The notes below the pieces were generated by a model that was not told the DNA's origin, did no database searches, and worked only from the letters and a program-made list of their open reading frames with translations. The translations under genes and the position numbers were made by a program. A stretch of DNA of 64,000 nucleotides from Isurus oxyrinchus (taxonomy: Eukaryota): contig JANJGN010000034.1 in assembly GCA_026770705.1 (NCBI GenBank), positions 5,952,001-6,016,000 on the forward strand, read 5' to 3'. Each line of letters opens with the position of its first letter. The first letter of the stretch is position 1. Below, piece after piece: positions 61,048-64,000 of this stretch.

Positions 61048-64000
61048 GTACTGAACTCATGTTCTTCTTGCGTTAAAGTGATGCCATTTGGTTTTGTATG
61101 TGATAATTGGTTCTTTCAGCCGTTCTCCAAAGCAGCTTATTATTAATTATTTCAAAATCTATCAACTGAGCAATCCACATGAAGGAGTTTGGCAGACTAT
61201 ATGTGGAGAAGATGATTCGTGGAAGGATCCCTAGGGGATTCATGAAGAAAAACATATAATGTAGGATGGTAACTCTCCAATATGGAATTCATAAACTCTA
61301 TCTTTATATGGAGAATATCCAACTTCTAGCTATTTAGCACAATGTATGGATGGAAAGCTAGATAAATGCACGTGAGAAAAAGAAAGAGAAGATGATCTTA
61401 ATTTCGTGAAATGAAGTAGGGTAGATGGAGTACTGTGTGAAATATAAATGCCATTGGGTGGAATACCTGCAAAATGGCCTCTTTTGTCTCTGAAAATATA
61501 GTACAATGTTTCCATTTTGCGTGATGTGAAATGGGTATTACCAAATTTAATGTCCAATACACACTCAGCTGATTTAACAATTCGCAAAAAGTTTGATCAC
61601 TGAGTTAGGCATTAAGAGTCATCTTAGAAGTGGAAAGACGTGTAGAGGGGCATCGATTCAGAAAGATTTACTGACTCCGTGAAGCAGCATCTGAATTCAG
61701 TTGCAATATTGTAGGAATTAAAACAAGGTGCATCAAGTAGCCAGAATTACATTTCGGAGACCTCAGGTGAAGAAAGAGATTACACAGCCAACGAAGGCAG
61801 AGGCTATTGAGGAATTTGGAACAAAAAGAATAAATTAGCACTTTAAAATCAAGGCATCACTTTCATTGGAACGTCCTATATTGCTGTTGAGGTTACTTGA
61901 ATGACTGAAAGTAATTTTCGATTTGTATTCATTATATTGAATTGCATGAGGTTTGCTGCACAGCAACATGACATTTCGCCCAGTAGGCCCAATTTGACAT
62001 GGATTCTCTGCTCAGGGAGCATCGTATCCGACGATGTCGGATTGCAACTGGGTCAGAATTTGGAAATAGTGGAATTGTTTTTAATTGCACGAAGAAACTT
62101 GGTTCAAAACAGTACAGAGTTAATATTTTGATATCGAACAAGCACATATGCACTACAGAAGCTGGAAATAAATACATTGATGAAATGGGAACTTTCAGAT
62201 TGTAACCAATGGCAACGAATGGGCAGACTTTGTTTTCGTTTGTGCACAAAACAGACGATGATGTGCTTGCCCTAATGGCTCATCAGGCCGATGAAAAGGT
62301 TTGGTACTTAAAATGTAAAGAAAATTCTTCGACTTGCAAGGTAAGTAAGAGAGCGTACTTCAAAGCAGAATTAGACAGAAAACGTTAAGCACAGTTCTGT
62401 GTCTCCAGGCACCTGATGTGCAGCCCATGTTTCAGCTCGTCTTCCTGCAGTCAAAGCAAAACAACCACTCATGCACCCTATTGTGAATTTAGAGAACCAT
62501 TGCTCACACAGTGAAAGATGACACCGTGGAATTCGCTACATTAATTATTGATTATTCTTGGCTCTTCTACCAACTGCAAACGTAAACATACAAACACAGT
62601 AACTAGGGCCAGGGTTAATTCAGTTGCCCCTTCAAGTTTGTTCCGCCATTCACTAAGACTACAAGTGATCGGATTGTAACCTCCTGCCTACCCACGATGA
62701 CCTTTCACCCGTGCGTTATTCATTAATCTAACTAGTTCTCCTTTACCATAACTAAACACGCTGCTTCCACTGCATTTAGAGGAAGACAGTTCCAAAGAAT
62801 CTCAGCCTTCTGAGAAAAAAAATCTTCACACCAATATTTACAATGAGTGACACCTTTTTTTTTAAATGGTAACCCTTAGTTCTAGAATCTCCCACAAGAG
62901 GAAATATCCTCTTCACTTTCATTCTGTCCATATCCATCCTAAACACAAGAGCATACTTGTCAAACTGTCTGAACTTTTGTCATAAGATAACCCGACAATT
63001 CCTGCTAATGGACTTCACTGTTTCTAATGCATTTGCACATGTCCTAAAATAAGCAGACCAAAAAATGTACGCGGCGCACAAGATATGGGCTCACCAGTGC
63101 CCTATAGAAATACAGGATACGTTCTCTGACTTTGAGTCAATTCCATTCGCAATGAACGATACAATTCTAAAGCTTTCTTAGATGATTGCTGATTTTGCAT
63201 ACTCGCCTTTTGTGGTTCATGCACTAGGAAACCCAATCTTTTCCGGAGCATAGAGTTCCGCAAACTCTCACCATTTAGATAATAAGCTTTTTTTTTCATA
63301 ATCCTTAACAAAATGGACAATTTACATTTTCCTACTTTATACTCTATTTGCCTGGTCTTTGCACAGTGACTTACCTATCGATTTTGCTTTCTAGCCTCCT
63401 CACGTTTTCCCCATAACTTAGCTTCCTATCTACTTTTCTGTGGTCAGCAAATTTAGCAACCACAAACCTAACTAATTACTCTGTTTCCAAACCTCATAGT
63501 TGTATCCATCTGTGAAATATCCTCTCCAACGTCTTCTTAACGTAAAATACAGCTCTTACTGAAATCTACCTATTATTTCGTTCATCCCTCATTCTTTTAA
63601 ACGTTTTCTAAAATGTCTTTTAAGAATTCGGACCATTCCAAATTATTGGTCTTTGTTCAGACCGTGCAGTTGGTAAAGCTGAGTTATCGAAGCCAGAGGA
63701 AAACTTATAATAACTGTCATAAGTTATAATTTTGAGGGATATGTTTATCATGCGGCCATACATGGAATAAAGAGACCCCTTGTTCTCGAAAGGTTTTATA
63801 ATCAGCTAAAGGAAACCTCTTATTAATTTGCACACTTTAAATATATGCACGGGGCTACAAATTACTACGATCATAACTTTTAACACATTCCCAAACTAAT
63901 ACCCATTCAGGCAACATGAACTAAAAGAATTAGCCAGGCGGAACATTTTACGAATTGAAAATGAGGCTATTTTCTCTTTGGTTACTGTCGAGACAGTTGG

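Larger units (their letters stand above)
56546..64000 (+). repeat. Tandem intragenic duplication, unit 3 (partial, runs off the window)
   Basis: 56546 ggacaattcttgaacattcctgaatgacacaaggcatgg matches 178 gacaattctttaacacatccgaatgacacaaggcatgg; colinear up to the equivalent of ~11520. Confidence 0.93.

Noticed and set aside
1-64000. Prokaryotic systems (operons, CRISPR arrays, rRNA or tRNA genes)
   Set aside because: No long ORFs, no regularly spaced short direct repeats and no intact RNA genes seen. The tRNA-like boxes belong to SINE heads, and the DNA is intron-rich vertebrate-type sequence.

Overview
This is eukaryotic DNA rich in decayed LINE, SINE and Penelope-like repeats; the repeat families resemble those of cartilaginous fish (sharks), which is an inference. 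The supplied ORF track is almost entirely noise or retroelement debris. The window holds about 2.3 copies of a ~26-28 kb tandem duplication (units approx. 170-28677, 28678-56545, 56546->64000; introns about 80% identical by eye). Hidden in it is one + strand gene segment built only from microexons. I read 31 AG...GT-bounded exons of exactly 15, 27 or 36 nt, all phase 1-1, with 14 exons (390 nt, 130 aa) per duplication unit. Spliced in order they give an 870-nt stop-free frame encoding a charged coiled coil with cysteines at core positions. Unit 1: xRNLGEKDS EINDLQTKLQKC EENLKAIEK ELYDLQQKC KADLDQKDE EFGKKIGEL ENVKK ELDSCQDTVKDL DKFKK ELSDCQQAVKDL EEKLNSKDK EIIKCQESLKDS ETKLKGKEK ELNDIALKC. Unit 2: KGDLWDKDS EINDLQTKLQKC QENLKAVEK ELYDQQQKF KADLDQKDA EFDKKIGEL ENAKK ELGTCQDSVKDL DKLIK ELSECQQAVKDG EEKLNAKDK EILKCQESLKDS ETKLEGKEK ELNDILKKC. 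Unit 3 (partial): KGDLGDKDS EINDLQTKLQKC EENLKTIEK. No start, stop or globular domain was found in the window, so the gene cannot be named. Repeat boundaries are approximate; exon coordinates were counted base by base.
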